Of a DNA stretch of 64,000 nt, positions 30,587-41,245 are shown in pieces. Position numbers and translations under genes: made by a program. This stretch comes from Synergistales bacterium (GTDB lineage Bacteria > Synergistota > Synergistia > Synergistales > JAFGMB01): contig OY762654.1 in assembly GCA_963666205.1 (NCBI GenBank), positions 832,001 to 896,000 on the forward strand, read 5' to 3'. The notes under the pieces were generated by a model. It ran no database searches, was not told the DNA's origin, and worked only from the letters and a program-made list of their open reading frames with translations. How positions within the stretch are numbered: the stretch's first letter is position 1; every line of letters begins with the position of its first letter.

Positions 30587-31636
30587 ATGAAAAGCATTTT
30601 TGACGACGACAAATTCTTTGATGAAGAGAAAGGGGAAAAACAGAAGTTCAACAAAGAGGAAATGAAAAAATTCTTCAACATGAAGTTAGGATTCCTTAAA
30701 TATATAGTTATCCTCTTAATATTGGCCTTGGTTGCCAAACAGGGATTTTACATCGTTCCCGCTGCTTCAAGAGGCGTAGTTTTCAGACTTGGAAAAGTAA
30801 TAAAGGTCGCAGACCAGGGAGTTAATTTCAAGATACCCCTGATCGACATGGTTACAATAGTCAATACTGAACAGATCCAGCGTTTTGAATATGGTTATCG
30901 AACTGTCTCCGTTGGACCTCCTGCCCGTTATACTGACAGGCCGGAAGAATCCAAGATGCTTACGGGTGATAACAAGATAGTCGAGATAGACTGGGTACTC
31001 CAGTTCCAGACGGGAGACCCGGCAGCCTTTGTCGTTAATGTTCCCAGTGACAGGGACTCACAGGTAAAGATGATCCGGGATATAGCCGAAGCGACCCTCA
31101 GGGAGGTAATTGCATCTCGCAAACTTGACGATGTTCTTACCACGGAGAAGGAAGCTTCCCAGACGGAAGCCAAGCAGCTCATCCAGCAAAAGATGGATGA
31201 ATTGAAAACAGGTGTTTTTGTAGTAGCTGTACAGTTTCAGGATGTAGTCCCCCCCAAAGCTGTCCAGGCTGCTTTCAGCGAAATAAATTCTGCCCGTGCG
31301 GAAAAGGAAAGATTTATTCTTGAAGCCGATAAATATACCAACGAAGTACTCTCAAAAGCCGCCGGTGAAGCCGAGAGGGTACTTAACGAAGCAGAGGCCT
31401 ACAAATTCCGCAGGATCAACCTTGCAGAAGGGGAAGCAGCCAGAATAACATCCCTCAACAAGGTCTACAGGGAAAACCCGGACCTGGTCCTTAAAACCCT
31501 CTGGCTTGAGAACATGCAGGAGGTATGGCCGAAACTGAAAGTAGTCATAGTGGACGGAGGAAGTGATTCCCTTCAGATACTTCCCATCGAGCAGTTACTG
31601 CAGATGCAGGGCGAAAAAGCCCCGCAGCAGAATTAG
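30587..31636 (+). CDS. hflK: FtsH modulator HflK
   Basis: One TM segment plus SPFH domain; MLTGDNKIV, QDVVPP..VQAAF; paired with hflC. Confidence 0.88.
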   Translation: MKSIFDDDKFFDEEKGEKQKFNKEEMKKFFNMKLGFLKYIVILLILALVAKQGFYIVPAASRGVVFRLGKVIKVADQGVNFKIPLIDMVTIVNTEQIQRFEYGYRTVSVGPPARYTDRPEESKMLTGDNKIVEIDWVLQFQTGDPAAFVVNVPSDRDSQVKMIRDIAEATLREVIASRKLDDVLTTEKEASQTEAKQLIQQKMDELKTGVFVVAVQFQDVVPPKAVQAAFSEINSARAEKERFILEADKYTNEVLSKAAGEAERVLNEAEAYKFRRINLAEGEAARITSLNKVYRENPDLVLKTLWLENMQEVWPKLKVVIVDGGSDSLQILPIEQLLQMQGEKAPQQN

Positions 31637-31654
31637 GAAAAGGAGGGTGCAATT

Positions 31655-32512
31655 ATGAAAGATATGAAGAAGATCATTTTCTACCTTGTATTAATAGTCC
31701 TCCTTATGGGAATGACTGGCTCTTTCTACCTTTTGAGACAGGACCAGCAGGCAGTAATTCTTCGACTGGGGAAAGTCGTTGCCTCTAAAACAGAACCCGG
31801 GTTGTATTTCAAGATCCCCTTCATGGACAAGGTCACGAAATACACAAAGAAACTCATCGAATATGATGCCCAACCCGTTGCCGTAGTTACAAGTGATAAA
31901 AAGAGCCTTGTTTTTGATACCATAGCTCTATTCAGGATCTCCGATCCTGAGACTTTCTATCGAAGGGTACGAACTGTGGCTTCTGTTCAACAGCGGCTGG
32001 ACGATTCCGTATATGCAGCAGTCAGGATAGTGGCAGGACGATTTAATCTGGAAGCCCTGGTAAGACAGAGCCGCCAGCTGGCCATTGAACAGTCTACGAA
32101 CATAGCCAGAGCACAATCAAGGGAATATGGAGTTGAGATACTGTCCGTATCCTACAAAAGGGTATTCCTCCCCGAGGACAATGAACAGGCAGTTTACCGG
32201 TCCATGCAGGCAGAAAGGAACCGGGTGGCTGGTCAGCTCAGGGCAGAAGGACAGGCTGAAGCAATTCGCCGAAGATCCCTTGCAGACAGAAAACAGATCG
32301 AAATGATAGCAGAAGCCCAGCGAAAAGCCCAGGAGATAAAGGGTGAAGGAGACAGGACTGCCCAGGAAACCCTCGCTGAAGCTACTATAGAAGCGAAAGA
32401 TCTGTACGTTTTCCTGAAAACCATGGAATTTTACAAGGAGGCACTCCCTGGGACACCCATACTTCTCAGACCTGGCGAAGGAACTTTAAAATATCTTAAA
32501 GGTATAGAATAA
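31655..32512 (+). CDS. hflC: FtsH modulator HflC
   Basis: PGLYFKIPF, TSDKK, MQAER...LRAEG. Confidence 0.88.
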   Translation: MKDMKKIIFYLVLIVLLMGMTGSFYLLRQDQQAVILRLGKVVASKTEPGLYFKIPFMDKVTKYTKKLIEYDAQPVAVVTSDKKSLVFDTIALFRISDPETFYRRVRTVASVQQRLDDSVYAAVRIVAGRFNLEALVRQSRQLAIEQSTNIARAQSREYGVEILSVSYKRVFLPEDNEQAVYRSMQAERNRVAGQLRAEGQAEAIRRRSLADRKQIEMIAEAQRKAQEIKGEGDRTAQETLAEATIEAKDLYVFLKTMEFYKEALPGTPILLRPGEGTLKYLKGIE

Positions 32513-32592
32513 GACAACTATTGTATAAATAACAGGATCATGTTACTCCCTATTTCCCTCTGCCAGCGTCTCCGGAGGGGGAAATTATTGGG

Positions 32593-32637
32593 AACACTAA
32601 AGGAGATCCCTGAAAAACAGGGATCTCCTTTAGTGTT
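32593..32637. terminator. Hairpin with 20-bp arms between convergent hflC and pepF
   Basis: aacactaaaggagatccctg-AAAAA-cagggatctcctttagtgtt. Confidence 0.7.
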
Positions 32638-32670
32638 ATGGTCCAATTACAGGATAAACTGGATATGGAC

Positions 32671-34515
32671 TTATAACAAAGCCTCAAGCTCCGTCAGTTT
32701 ATCCCTGAAAACAGCAATGGTCTGTTCCAGCGGACCAGGTAATGTAATATCCACCCCGGCCTGTTTCAGGATGTTAACGGAATAATCGGAACTTCCTTTT
32801 TTGAGGAATTCGAGATAGCCCTTCCGGGATCCTGGTTCTCCAGAAAGGATCTTTCTTGAAAAGGAAGTAGCTGCAGCATAACCTGTAACATACTGATAAA
32901 CATAAAAAGAAGAATAGAAATGGGGTATCCTGGCCCATTCGATATCGATATCTTCATCTACCACAATACCGGAACCATAATATCTTTCGTTGAGTTCATG
33001 CCATAGACCGCACATCAGATCCCTGGTAAGGGCCTCTCCCCTCTCTGCAATATCATGAGCCTTCTTCTCAAATTCTGCGAAAAGGGTCTGCCTGTAAACT
33101 GTTGTCCTTATCTGTTCCAGGTAGTAATTCAGTAGATATTTCTTCTCTTCAGGATCATCGCTGCGAGAAAGAAGATGCTCCATCAGAAGTGCCTCATTGG
33201 TTGTAGATGCTACCTCCGCAAGAAAGATTGTATAGTCCCCGTAAATATAGGGCTGGCTGGAATGTGAAAACCAGGAATGGAGGGCGTGACCCATTTCATG
33301 AGCCAGGGTAAAGGCATCCCTCAATGTGGAGTTGTAGTTAAGGAGAACGTAGGGATGGGTACCATAACTTCCCCAGGAATAGGCCCCTTTGCGCTTGCCG
33401 CGATTTTCGTAAATATCTATCCAGCCTTCAGTGAATCCCTTTTTCATAAGGTCCTGATAACCTTCTCCCAGGGGAGCAACCCCCTCGAGAACCATCTGCA
33501 TGGCTGTTTCATAGGAAATATCTTTATTGACCTCTTCCACAATAGGCACATAAAGATCATACATATGGAGCTTGCTGAAACCCAGAACCTTTTTTCTAAG
33601 ATTTACATAATCATGAAGAGGGGCAAGATTGGCACTCACAGTATCAATAATATTGGAATAGACATCCAGCGGGATATTGTTGGTATCAAGGGCTGATTCA
33701 AGTGATGAGGAGTATTTTCTGGTTTTTGAAGTGAAAATGTCTGTTTTCACATTTGAGCTATACATGGCAGCAAGAGAATTTTCATATTTTCTATAGGTTC
33801 TGTGCAGAGCCCTGAAGGAAGCCTTTCTTACCTTCCTGTCCTTTGATTGTATCAGTGAGAAATAACGTTCCTCAGTTAATTCCACCTTTTTGCCATTTTC
33901 ATCCCGGACTTGAGGAAATTTCATATCCGCATTTGTAAGCATGGAAAAAATATTCTCCGGAGCATGAGCCATTTCTCCCGTCCTGGCCATTATTTCTTCT
34001 TCTGCCGTTGACAATACATGTTCCTTCATCCTGAGGATATTTTCAAAGAAAAAACTATACTCAGCCAGTTCTTCGCTCTTCATGTATCCGTTTATTATTT
34101 CTTCAGGAAAACAGTTTATCTCTGGAACGATAAAAGATGTGGCAGTAGAATACCGGACCATAAGTGACATCGCTCTGTCCGCAAGAGCTTGAAATTCTGT
34201 AAGGGATGTATCTTCATGGCTTTTCATGTTGGCAAAGACCAGGACCTTCCCCATGGAAATACCCAGGTCTTCCTCCAATCCAAGACAATCAGCCATTATC
34301 TTCCTGGAAGAATCAAGATTTCCTCTGTAATTGTTAAATTCAACAAGTCCTCTTTCAATCCGATGGTAATCCTGTTCCCATTCTTTGACAGATGGATAAA
34401 TATTCTCAAGTTTCCATTTATAAAGGCTATCTATCTCATCTCTTGCAGGAAGTTCACTCTTTCGGGGTTTCCCTTTTGTTGTTCTTTCTTTATCTTCCTT
34501 GACCTTTCGGGGCAT
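32671..34515 (-). CDS. pepF: Oligoendopeptidase F (M3B)
   Basis: WKLENIY, GKRKGAYS, HPYVLLNY, HEMGHALH, AEVAST, WARIPHFY; start 34515 or 34533. Confidence 0.95.
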   Translation of the reverse strand: MPRKVKEDKERTTKGKPRKSELPARDEIDSLYKWKLENIYPSVKEWEQDYHRIERGLVEFNNYRGNLDSSRKIMADCLGLEEDLGISMGKVLVFANMKSHEDTSLTEFQALADRAMSLMVRYSTATSFIVPEINCFPEEIINGYMKSEELAEYSFFFENILRMKEHVLSTAEEEIMARTGEMAHAPENIFSMLTNADMKFPQVRDENGKKVELTEERYFSLIQSKDRKVRKASFRALHRTYRKYENSLAAMYSSNVKTDIFTSKTRKYSSSLESALDTNNIPLDVYSNIIDTVSANLAPLHDYVNLRKKVLGFSKLHMYDLYVPIVEEVNKDISYETAMQMVLEGVAPLGEGYQDLMKKGFTEGWIDIYENRGKRKGAYSWGSYGTHPYVLLNYNSTLRDAFTLAHEMGHALHSWFSHSSQPYIYGDYTIFLAEVASTTNEALLMEHLLSRSDDPEEKKYLLNYYLEQIRTTVYRQTLFAEFEKKAHDIAERGEALTRDLMCGLWHELNERYYGSGIVVDEDIDIEWARIPHFYSSFYVYQYVTGYAAATSFSRKILSGEPGSRKGYLEFLKKGSSDYSVNILKQAGVDITLPGPLEQTIAVFRDKLTELEALL

Positions 34516-34889
34516 ATTCTGCACCACCTTCATTAAAAGTTAGAAATATTATCTTCAGAAATTTTCAATACTATCTTCTGGATAGCTGCTCAGAACAGGG
34601 AGGAAATGAATAAAATCGTATTCACTCCATATTTCAACTTTCCGGCATTGGATCATATTATCTTTTAAGGGTAACATAATTCAATAAATGCAACACAGTT
34701 GTCATGATTTCTGAACAGCAGGCCCATCTGTTTCCGGATATTCCCCATTCTGATAGACCAGAAGAAACCCACTTTAGCATAATGCCCTGAGGTCCGTACT
34801 AAATCTGATAGCCAACTTTTCTGAATCAGATAATATCTCTCTAACATTCCGGAATCAAGAATGCTAGATTATTCTGTTTTTTCTTGCAA

Positions 34890-34970
34890 TTGACCCCAGA
34901 AACGTATATTGTATAATTCAGTCAGTTGTTTTTTTGGATATAAATAAAATTGATATTTATATCCAAAAAA
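34890..34970 (+). promoter_or_regulatory. Promoter plus 17-bp inverted repeat upstream of the TAXI operon
   Basis: TTGACC-N16-TATAAT (34890-34917), then ttttttggatataaata-N7-tatttatatccaaaaaa (34930-34970). Confidence 0.6.
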
Positions 34971-35013
34971 GGAACTATGCATCTCACACAAAACTCATAG
35001 AGGAGTGAAAAGG

Positions 35014-35994
35014 ATGAAGAGACTCGTTATTTTACTACTTGCCCTTACGTTAGTGATAGCGGCCATCGGTCCTGCTGCTGCAGCGAAACAGGATTGGCCC
35101 GATCAGCTGAGATTTATGGCCGGACCTCCTGGCGGAAACTGGTTTGCACTGGGCGGCGCCCTTGCTGATATGTGGACCAAGAATGTGACCTCGTCCACAA
35201 GCGGAACAGGCGGCGGTGTTTCAAATATAATAAACACAGACAGGGCCAAGGGAGATATGGGATTCTCGGTAACAGCACTTGTTGGCGCTGCATCCAAGGG
35301 AGAAGCACCCTTCAAGTCCCCTGCAAACAATACGGCAGTTCTCGCTAACCTTTATCGTCAGTACACATATTTCATCATGCGCAAAGACTATGCCGAAAAG
35401 AACGGTGTAAAATCGGTAGGCGATATCGTTGCGCAAAAACTTCCCATCCGTTTCGCAACTCTTAAACCTGGGACAGCATCTGAATTCACCATCCGTTCCA
35501 TCTTTGAAAAAGGTTTCGGCGTAGGCTGGGATGACGTTAAATCCTGGGGCGGTTCTGTCGAATTCGCTTCATACTCAGACGGGGCCAATCTTCTTGCTGA
35601 CAACCACCTTGACTGCTTCGCATTCTCCGTCGGCAGTGTGGCATCCATTGTCATGAAGATAGAAAGCCAGACCGATGTGGTCATTCTTCCTGTTGATGAA
35701 TCAGCCCTGAAGGCCATGACAGAAGCTCTCGGAACCGTGACCTTCCAGATCAAACCGGAAATCTACAAAAGTATTGATGAACCCGTTCCTACTGTTGGCG
35801 ACTATACCTGTGTGGTAATTCGCAAGGATCTTCCTGAAGATCTTGTTTACGAATTGACCAATGCCCTCTGGACAAATAAGGCAGATCTTGTCAAAGCTGT
35901 TAAAGCGATGGAGGAACTCAATCCGGAAGAAGCTGTACCAGTTTCCGCTCCAGCCCATCCCGGGGCTGTCAAGTTCTGGAAAGAAGCAAAATAA
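35014..35994 (+). CDS. TAXI-family TRAP solute receptor
   Basis: Signal peptide, GPPGGNW, TGGGVSN, LPEDLVYELT, HPGAVKFW; start 35014 (AGGAG RBS) or 35005. Confidence 0.9.
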   Translation: MKRLVILLLALTLVIAAIGPAAAAKQDWPDQLRFMAGPPGGNWFALGGALADMWTKNVTSSTSGTGGGVSNIINTDRAKGDMGFSVTALVGAASKGEAPFKSPANNTAVLANLYRQYTYFIMRKDYAEKNGVKSVGDIVAQKLPIRFATLKPGTASEFTIRSIFEKGFGVGWDDVKSWGGSVEFASYSDGANLLADNHLDCFAFSVGSVASIVMKIESQTDVVILPVDESALKAMTEALGTVTFQIKPEIYKSIDEPVPTVGDYTCVVIRKDLPEDLVYELTNALWTNKADLVKAVKAMEELNPEEAVPVSAPAHPGAVKFWKEAK

Positions 35995-36073
35995 CAAGAC
36001 TTGAAAAAGAGAAAATAATCAAATAAAGGGTGGTGCAATGCACCACCCATTTTAGTATCTGAGGAGATAAGAG

Positions 36074-37948
36074 TTGAGAAAGCTAACTGGACAAATTCAG
36101 AAAGTTATATATCTCTATGTTCTGGCAATGGGTATATTCCACCTCTACACTGCTGTTTTCGGTACTTTTGAAGCGTATCTGCAGAGAATGATCCATCTCA
36201 CATGGGTACTTCCCATGGTCTTCATTCTTTACCCCATGAAGAAAGGTTCCGATAGCAGTTCTGTACCCTGGTACGACTGGATTCTGGCAGTTATATCAGT
36301 TCTTCCGGGTTGTTATGGCATGCTGCACTACGAAGATATAACAATGAGGATTATACAGGTTGACCCTGTAACCACTCCCCAGCTGATCCTTGGCATTATA
36401 CTCCTTTTTGTACTACTTGAAGCGACGAGACGTATAGTGGGATGGCCCCTTGCCATTATTGCGGGATTTTTCGCGGGATATATGTATTTCGGACACTTTA
36501 TGCCAGGCATAATGAGGGGTCTCTCATTCACTCTTCCAGAGGTCATTGAAGAGATCTACCTGACAGATGAAGGGGTTTTCTCCATACCCCTTGGAGTTTC
36601 TGCCACCTTTGTCATGATATTTCTTATTTTTGGCGGTTTTCTTGAAAAAAGCGGTATCGGAGAATATTTCATGGAATTCGCCCAGGCCTTTACCGGCACG
36701 GCTGCTGGAGGCCCGGCGAAAATAGCGGTTGTAAGCTCAGCCCTTTTTGGATCAATATCAGGAGCCGCTGTGGCAAACGTTTATGGCACAGGTACTTTCA
36801 CCATACCCCTGATGAAAAGGATCGGATATCCCCCCTTTTTTGCAGGGGCGGTTGAAGCTGTAGCCAGTTCTGGTGGACAGATAATGCCACCCATTATGGG
36901 AGCTGGAGCTTTCATAATGGCGTCCCTTCTGGGAATTCAATATAAAGAAGTAATGATAGCCGCCATTCTACCTGCACTGCTCTATTACGGGGCAGTTCTG
37001 CTCATGGTGCACCTTGGCGCTCTCAAGAACGGACTTAAAGGACTCTCCCAGGAAGACCTTCCTTCAAGGAAAAAAGCCCTTAGGGATATCTACAAGATGC
37101 TTCCCATCATAGGCCTTGTATACCTTCTCCTTACAGGATACACGCCCATGCTCGCAGCTGTGATAGGAGTCGTAATGGCATGGCTTATTTCCCTTCTTGA
37201 CAAGGATTACCGAATGGGACCAAAAGCCATCTGTGACGCCATATATACAGGGGCAAAAAATATCCCTGTTGTCTGCATTGCCTGTGCTGCTGCAGGTATC
37301 GTGGTAGGTTCCGTGTCCCTGACAGGATTCGGATTCAAGTTTGTAGGACTGGTATTTACCCTTGCGAGGGATATCCCATTCCTGGCCCTTGTCCTAATCA
37401 TGCTGGTATCGCTTGTCCTCGGCATGGGGCTACCGACAACGGGAGCATATATCCTGGCCGCTGCCCTTGGGGTACCTGCCCTTGCAAAGCTGGGATTCGA
37501 CCCCCTGGCTTCCCACATGTTCGTCTTCTACTTTGCCATAATCTCCAACATTACTCCACCCGTCGCCCTTGCAGCCTATGCAGCCAGCTCCATAGCAGAC
37601 TCAGAACCTAACAAGACGGGCTTCGCAGCCATGAAACTGGGCATCCTGGCTTTTATCGTACCCTACGCCTTCATGTACGATAAAGGGGTTATCCTCCATG
37701 GAGGACTCATTGCCAACCTGGCAGCAGTAGGAGGCGGATGTGCAGCCATCTTCGCGATGGGGTTTGCCATGATGGCTTATATCCGCAACAAAATAACCGG
37801 ATGGCAGAGACTTGTATTTATCGCGGCTGGCTTTCTGTGCTTCTTCCCTGTTCTTGTTATCAAGGGAATCGGCATCGCAGCAGTACTGGGTGGATATCTG
37901 CTGTTTCGGGGGAAACCGAAAAATACTCTGAATCAGGATGGAGTCTGA
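36074..37948 (+). CDS. TRAP 4TM/12TM fused permease
   Basis: LLEATRR, GGPAKIAV, GSISGAAVAN, GGQIMPPIMGA, GMGLPT, TPPVALA. Confidence 0.92.
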   Translation: MRKLTGQIQKVIYLYVLAMGIFHLYTAVFGTFEAYLQRMIHLTWVLPMVFILYPMKKGSDSSSVPWYDWILAVISVLPGCYGMLHYEDITMRIIQVDPVTTPQLILGIILLFVLLEATRRIVGWPLAIIAGFFAGYMYFGHFMPGIMRGLSFTLPEVIEEIYLTDEGVFSIPLGVSATFVMIFLIFGGFLEKSGIGEYFMEFAQAFTGTAAGGPAKIAVVSSALFGSISGAAVANVYGTGTFTIPLMKRIGYPPFFAGAVEAVASSGGQIMPPIMGAGAFIMASLLGIQYKEVMIAAILPALLYYGAVLLMVHLGALKNGLKGLSQEDLPSRKKALRDIYKMLPIIGLVYLLLTGYTPMLAAVIGVVMAWLISLLDKDYRMGPKAICDAIYTGAKNIPVVCIACAAAGIVVGSVSLTGFGFKFVGLVFTLARDIPFLALVLIMLVSLVLGMGLPTTGAYILAAALGVPALAKLGFDPLASHMFVFYFAIISNITPPVALAAYAASSIADSEPNKTGFAAMKLGILAFIVPYAFMYDKGVILHGGLIANLAAVGGGCAAIFAMGFAMMAYIRNKITGWQRLVFIAAGFLCFFPVLVIKGIGIAAVLGGYLLFRGKPKNTLNQDGV

Positions 37949-38009
37949 TTACAAATCGGGCGCCCTTGAGGGCGCCCGTCATTCACAGTTCGATCCATTA
38001 TAACCTCAG

Positions 38010-38591
38010 CTATTCAGGAGAAACCATAAACCTTTTTCCAAGAGAAAATCCATCTCCAAGATAATTTCCGATCCCATAATACTTTCTTAAAACGGGTGCA
38101 AAGATCAGAGGTCTTAGAAGTTCGGGGTCAGGTAAACCCTTCTCTCCCAGCATCTCTTCATCCACCTTTATGTCCTTAATTTCACCTATCAGCTCGTAAT
38201 GAGACCCCAGGTCAATACTTCTGGAAAGCCGACATTCGAGAACCAGTGGAAATTCCCTTATGAATGGGGCATCTACATTCTCTGCTCTTTCATAACCAAG
38301 ACCGGTTGCAGCGAACTTGTCAACTTTTCTCCCGGAGACCATCCCGAAATAATCCGCTTCAGCAACATATGCCTCCGAGGGGATATTAACGGTAAAGGCT
38401 TGTCTGGCCTGGATTGACTCAAAGGAATAACGGGATTGCCTAAGTGCTACCATCAGGGCAGGAGGCTCGGAATTACATATACCACCCCAGGCAGCCGTAG
38501 CAGCATTAGCTCTTCCCTCTTTATCATAACTCCCTATAACCAGCACAGGTGCCGGATACAGGATGGTGTTGGCACCAACAGATCTCTTCAT
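38010..38591 (-). CDS. Flavin reductase-like FMN-binding protein (flavoredoxin family)
   Basis: LYPAPV, AAWGG, FTVNIP, GMVSGR..DKF, GSH. Confidence 0.85.
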   Translation of the reverse strand: MKRSVGANTILYPAPVLVIGSYDKEGRANAATAAWGGICNSEPPALMVALRQSRYSFESIQARQAFTVNIPSEAYVAEADYFGMVSGRKVDKFAATGLGYERAENVDAPFIREFPLVLECRLSRSIDLGSHYELIGEIKDIKVDEEMLGEKGLPDPELLRPLIFAPVLRKYYGIGNYLGDGFSLGKRFMVSPE

Positions 38592-38710
38592 GGATTTGTC
38601 CTCCTCTTTTCAATTTATGAAGGTTCACCCTTCAGGCACTTTAAGTATTTAATGACGGAGAAACGGGGAACGAAAATACTCTCTGTATATTAGCAGAATT
38701 TCCAAGAAAA

Positions 38711-38846
38711 GGTGAGTATTGATCAGACAGAAAACAGTTAATCACTATTATTCAGAGTTATTTCTTTTTATTGACCAATAATCAAACTTGCCTGACCAAT
38801 ACTAACCTTTATAATAAAGACAACAAACAGATCAGTATTGGTCAGT
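38711..38846. promoter_or_regulatory. hsp20 promoter with CtsR-like direct heptad repeats
   Basis: TTGCCT-N16-TATAAT (38788-38815). Heptad pairs GGTGAGT-att-GATCAGA (38711), GGTTAGT-att-GGTCAGG (minus strand, 38791-38807) and GATCAGT-att-GGTCAGT (38830). Confidence 0.6.
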
Positions 38847-38877
38847 AATAATATATAAATTTATGGAGGTGTCTAAT

Positions 38878-39363
38878 ATGACAAGGTGGCTGACTAGAAG
38901 GACCAACAATTCTTTACCAACATTTACTCCATGGACAAACACTGTAGACAGGATGATGGATGATATGCTGAGCGTATTTAATTCATGGCCTTCAGACATG
39001 CTCAAACCATATGATGAGGGAGAATTCGTAATTCGTCCAAGGGGTGATTTTTACCGTGAAGACGGTAAAATCATTGCAGAATTCGAAATCCCGGGGATCG
39101 ATCCGGAAAACGTAGATCTCAAGATCTATAAGGACAGGATGGAACTTAAGGCCGAAAAGAAACGGGAAAACAAGATCGAAAAAGAAAACTATCTGAGATC
39201 TGAAAGATATTATGGAAGTGTTTCAAGGACTATACAACTTCCCTTTGAGATCGATCCTGATTCCGTTAAAGCATCTTACAAAAACGGTATCCTCAAGGTA
39301 GAACTGAAAGAGATAGTGGAGGCAGACGTTTCAACTAAAGTAAATATTGATATAGAACAATAA
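38878..39363 (+). CDS. Hsp20/alpha-crystallin small heat shock protein
   Basis: EIPGIDPE, ERYYGSVSRTIQLP, ASYKNGIL. Confidence 0.93.
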   Translation: MTRWLTRRTNNSLPTFTPWTNTVDRMMDDMLSVFNSWPSDMLKPYDEGEFVIRPRGDFYREDGKIIAEFEIPGIDPENVDLKIYKDRMELKAEKKRENKIEKENYLRSERYYGSVSRTIQLPFEIDPDSVKASYKNGILKVELKEIVEADVSTKVNIDIEQ

Positions 39364-39385
39364 ATAAACAAATCCTTAAAAGGGC

Positions 39386-39426
39386 ATGGGGGGAAGATCA
39401 CGTTTAAGATGTGATCTTCCCCCCAT
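39386..39426. terminator. Hairpin downstream of hsp20
   Basis: atggggggaagatcac-N9-gtgatcttccccccat. Confidence 0.65.
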
Positions 39427-39445
39427 TAAACTATTCGCTCAATCA

Positions 39446-39715
39446 TCAACAATCCCATGTTCCAGATAGAAAACTGCGAATTCTTCTGATAGTGTAACTA
39501 TTTTTTTCCACTTCAGACTCAATTTCTTCAGAATAATTATCAGAAAAATCATTATTATCTAATCGCAGAATACCATGGGAGTTTAATGTATTTATAACAG
39601 CCTTTCTAGATGAAGATCTGCAAGATATTTTACATCCCCCCCCTTCAAAGCAACTACTTTGGTCTGTACTAGCGGAATGTAACAACATCTTAACCTTAAA
39701 ACCTGACTCTCTCAC
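39446..39715 (-). CDS. Hypothetical protein (89 aa, AT-rich)
   Basis: ORF fills the gap downstream of trkH; no recognisable motif. Confidence 0.35.
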   Translation of the reverse strand: MRESGFKVKMLLHSASTDQSSCFEGGGCKISCRSSSRKAVINTLNSHGILRLDNNDFSDNYSEEIESEVEKNSYTIRRIRSFLSGTWDC

Positions 39716-39792
39716 TTACCATTAGCCCAATGTTGATGGGACTTATTAATTATTCTATATGGGTATTTCAGATCATTTTTGCTCGGGAAATA

Positions 39793-41244
39793 TCATCGAC
39801 GCCATGTCCCCGGAACCATCAACATGATCACAGTGTATATCTCCAGGCGTCCAAGAAGCATACACAGTGATAGAACCCATTTACCGAAGAGAGGAACAGT
39901 AGCATAATTTTTCACGGGTCCCACTATTCCCAGACCCGGGCCAATATTTCCAAGTGTTGCTGCTACACTTGCAAGAGCAGAAATAACATCGAGACCCAGG
40001 CCAGCCATGACAAGTGTGAAAATGGCGAAAAGTCCTATATAAAGGATGAAGAAGGCTGTAACTGAGCCGATAACTTCCTTTCCGACCACATTTCCTCCAA
40101 CCTTGACCTGAACCACTGACCTGGGATGAAGCAGACGGTAAAGCTCAGCCTTCACATGACGTATCAGAACCATGATCCTGAGATTCTTTATTCCTCCACC
40201 GGTTGATCCGGCACACCCTCCTATGAACATAAGGGCCAGGAGAAGATACTGGGCATAAAAGGGCCATTGTTCATAATCAGCTGTCACATAACCTGTTGTA
40301 GTAGTGATACTGACAACCTGGAAAGCAGCATAACGAATGGAATCCATAATATTGTCGTAGGTTCCGCTGAAAACCAGAAAGGCTGTCACCGTAGCAACAC
40401 TGAAAAGGATTACCCATGAATAGAATCTGAATTCCTCATCTCTCCACCAGGCTCCAAATTTTCCTCTCAGGACAAAGTAGTGAAGGGCAAAATTTGCCCC
40501 TGCCAGAAACATGAAGATTATTATAACCCAGTCAAAATACGGACTGTTATACTGGCCAATGCTTGAGTTCAATGGAGAAAAACCACCAGTTGCCATGGTT
40601 CCAAAGGTATGGGTAAGAGATTCAAAGAGATTCATTCCTCCGAGCATAAGAAAGCCCGTTTCCATGGCTGAGAGGATAACATAGACACCCCAGAGCAAAA
40701 GGGCTGTCTGCTGAACCCTGGGAGTCAATTTTTCGGGGATTGGACCGGGAACCTCCGCCTTGTAGAGCTGCATTCCACCAACTCCAAGGAAAGGTAAAAT
40801 AGCCAGGCTCAGGACAATGATCCCCATTCCTCCAAGCCAATGGGTAAGGTCTCTCCAGAAAAGGATCCCCCTGGGATTGGACTCGATATCTGTAAGGACG
40901 GATGCTCCAGTTGTAGTAAAACCTGACATAGCTTCAAAAAATGCATCTGTAAAAGTTGGAACAGTTCCATTAAAGAGGTAAGGAAGACCTCCAATTACAG
41001 AGGCAAGGATCCAGGACAGAGAAACGACAGCAAAGGCTTCTTTAATACCAAGATCATCATATGCAGTCCTTCTACCAATGCAAAAAAGCACTCCGGCTGA
41101 AACCAGACCACATCCAATGGACTGCAATATGGGAACAAAATCTCTGCTTCCATCTACGTAGGCCCACCAGAGAGGCCATAACATGGAAAAGGAAATGATC
41201 GCGGCAAGTAAGGCAAGAACCTTTGATACTATTCTGAGTTTCAA
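39793..41244 (-). CDS. trkH: Trk potassium uptake permease
   Basis: SGFTTTGAS, ATGGF, TTTGY, GGCAGSTGGGIK, GNIGPG, GRLE. Confidence 0.95.
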   Translation of the reverse strand: MKLRIVSKVLALLAAIISFSMLWPLWWAYVDGSRDFVPILQSIGCGLVSAGVLFCIGRRTAYDDLGIKEAFAVVSLSWILASVIGGLPYLFNGTVPTFTDAFFEAMSGFTTTGASVLTDIESNPRGILFWRDLTHWLGGMGIIVLSLAILPFLGVGGMQLYKAEVPGPIPEKLTPRVQQTALLLWGVYVILSAMETGFLMLGGMNLFESLTHTFGTMATGGFSPLNSSIGQYNSPYFDWVIIIFMFLAGANFALHYFVLRGKFGAWWRDEEFRFYSWVILFSVATVTAFLVFSGTYDNIMDSIRYAAFQVVSITTTTGYVTADYEQWPFYAQYLLLALMFIGGCAGSTGGGIKNLRIMVLIRHVKAELYRLLHPRSVVQVKVGGNVVGKEVIGSVTAFFILYIGLFAIFTLVMAGLGLDVISALASVAATLGNIGPGLGIVGPVKNYATVPLFGKWVLSLCMLLGRLEIYTVIMLMVPGTWRR

Positions 41245-41245
41245 C

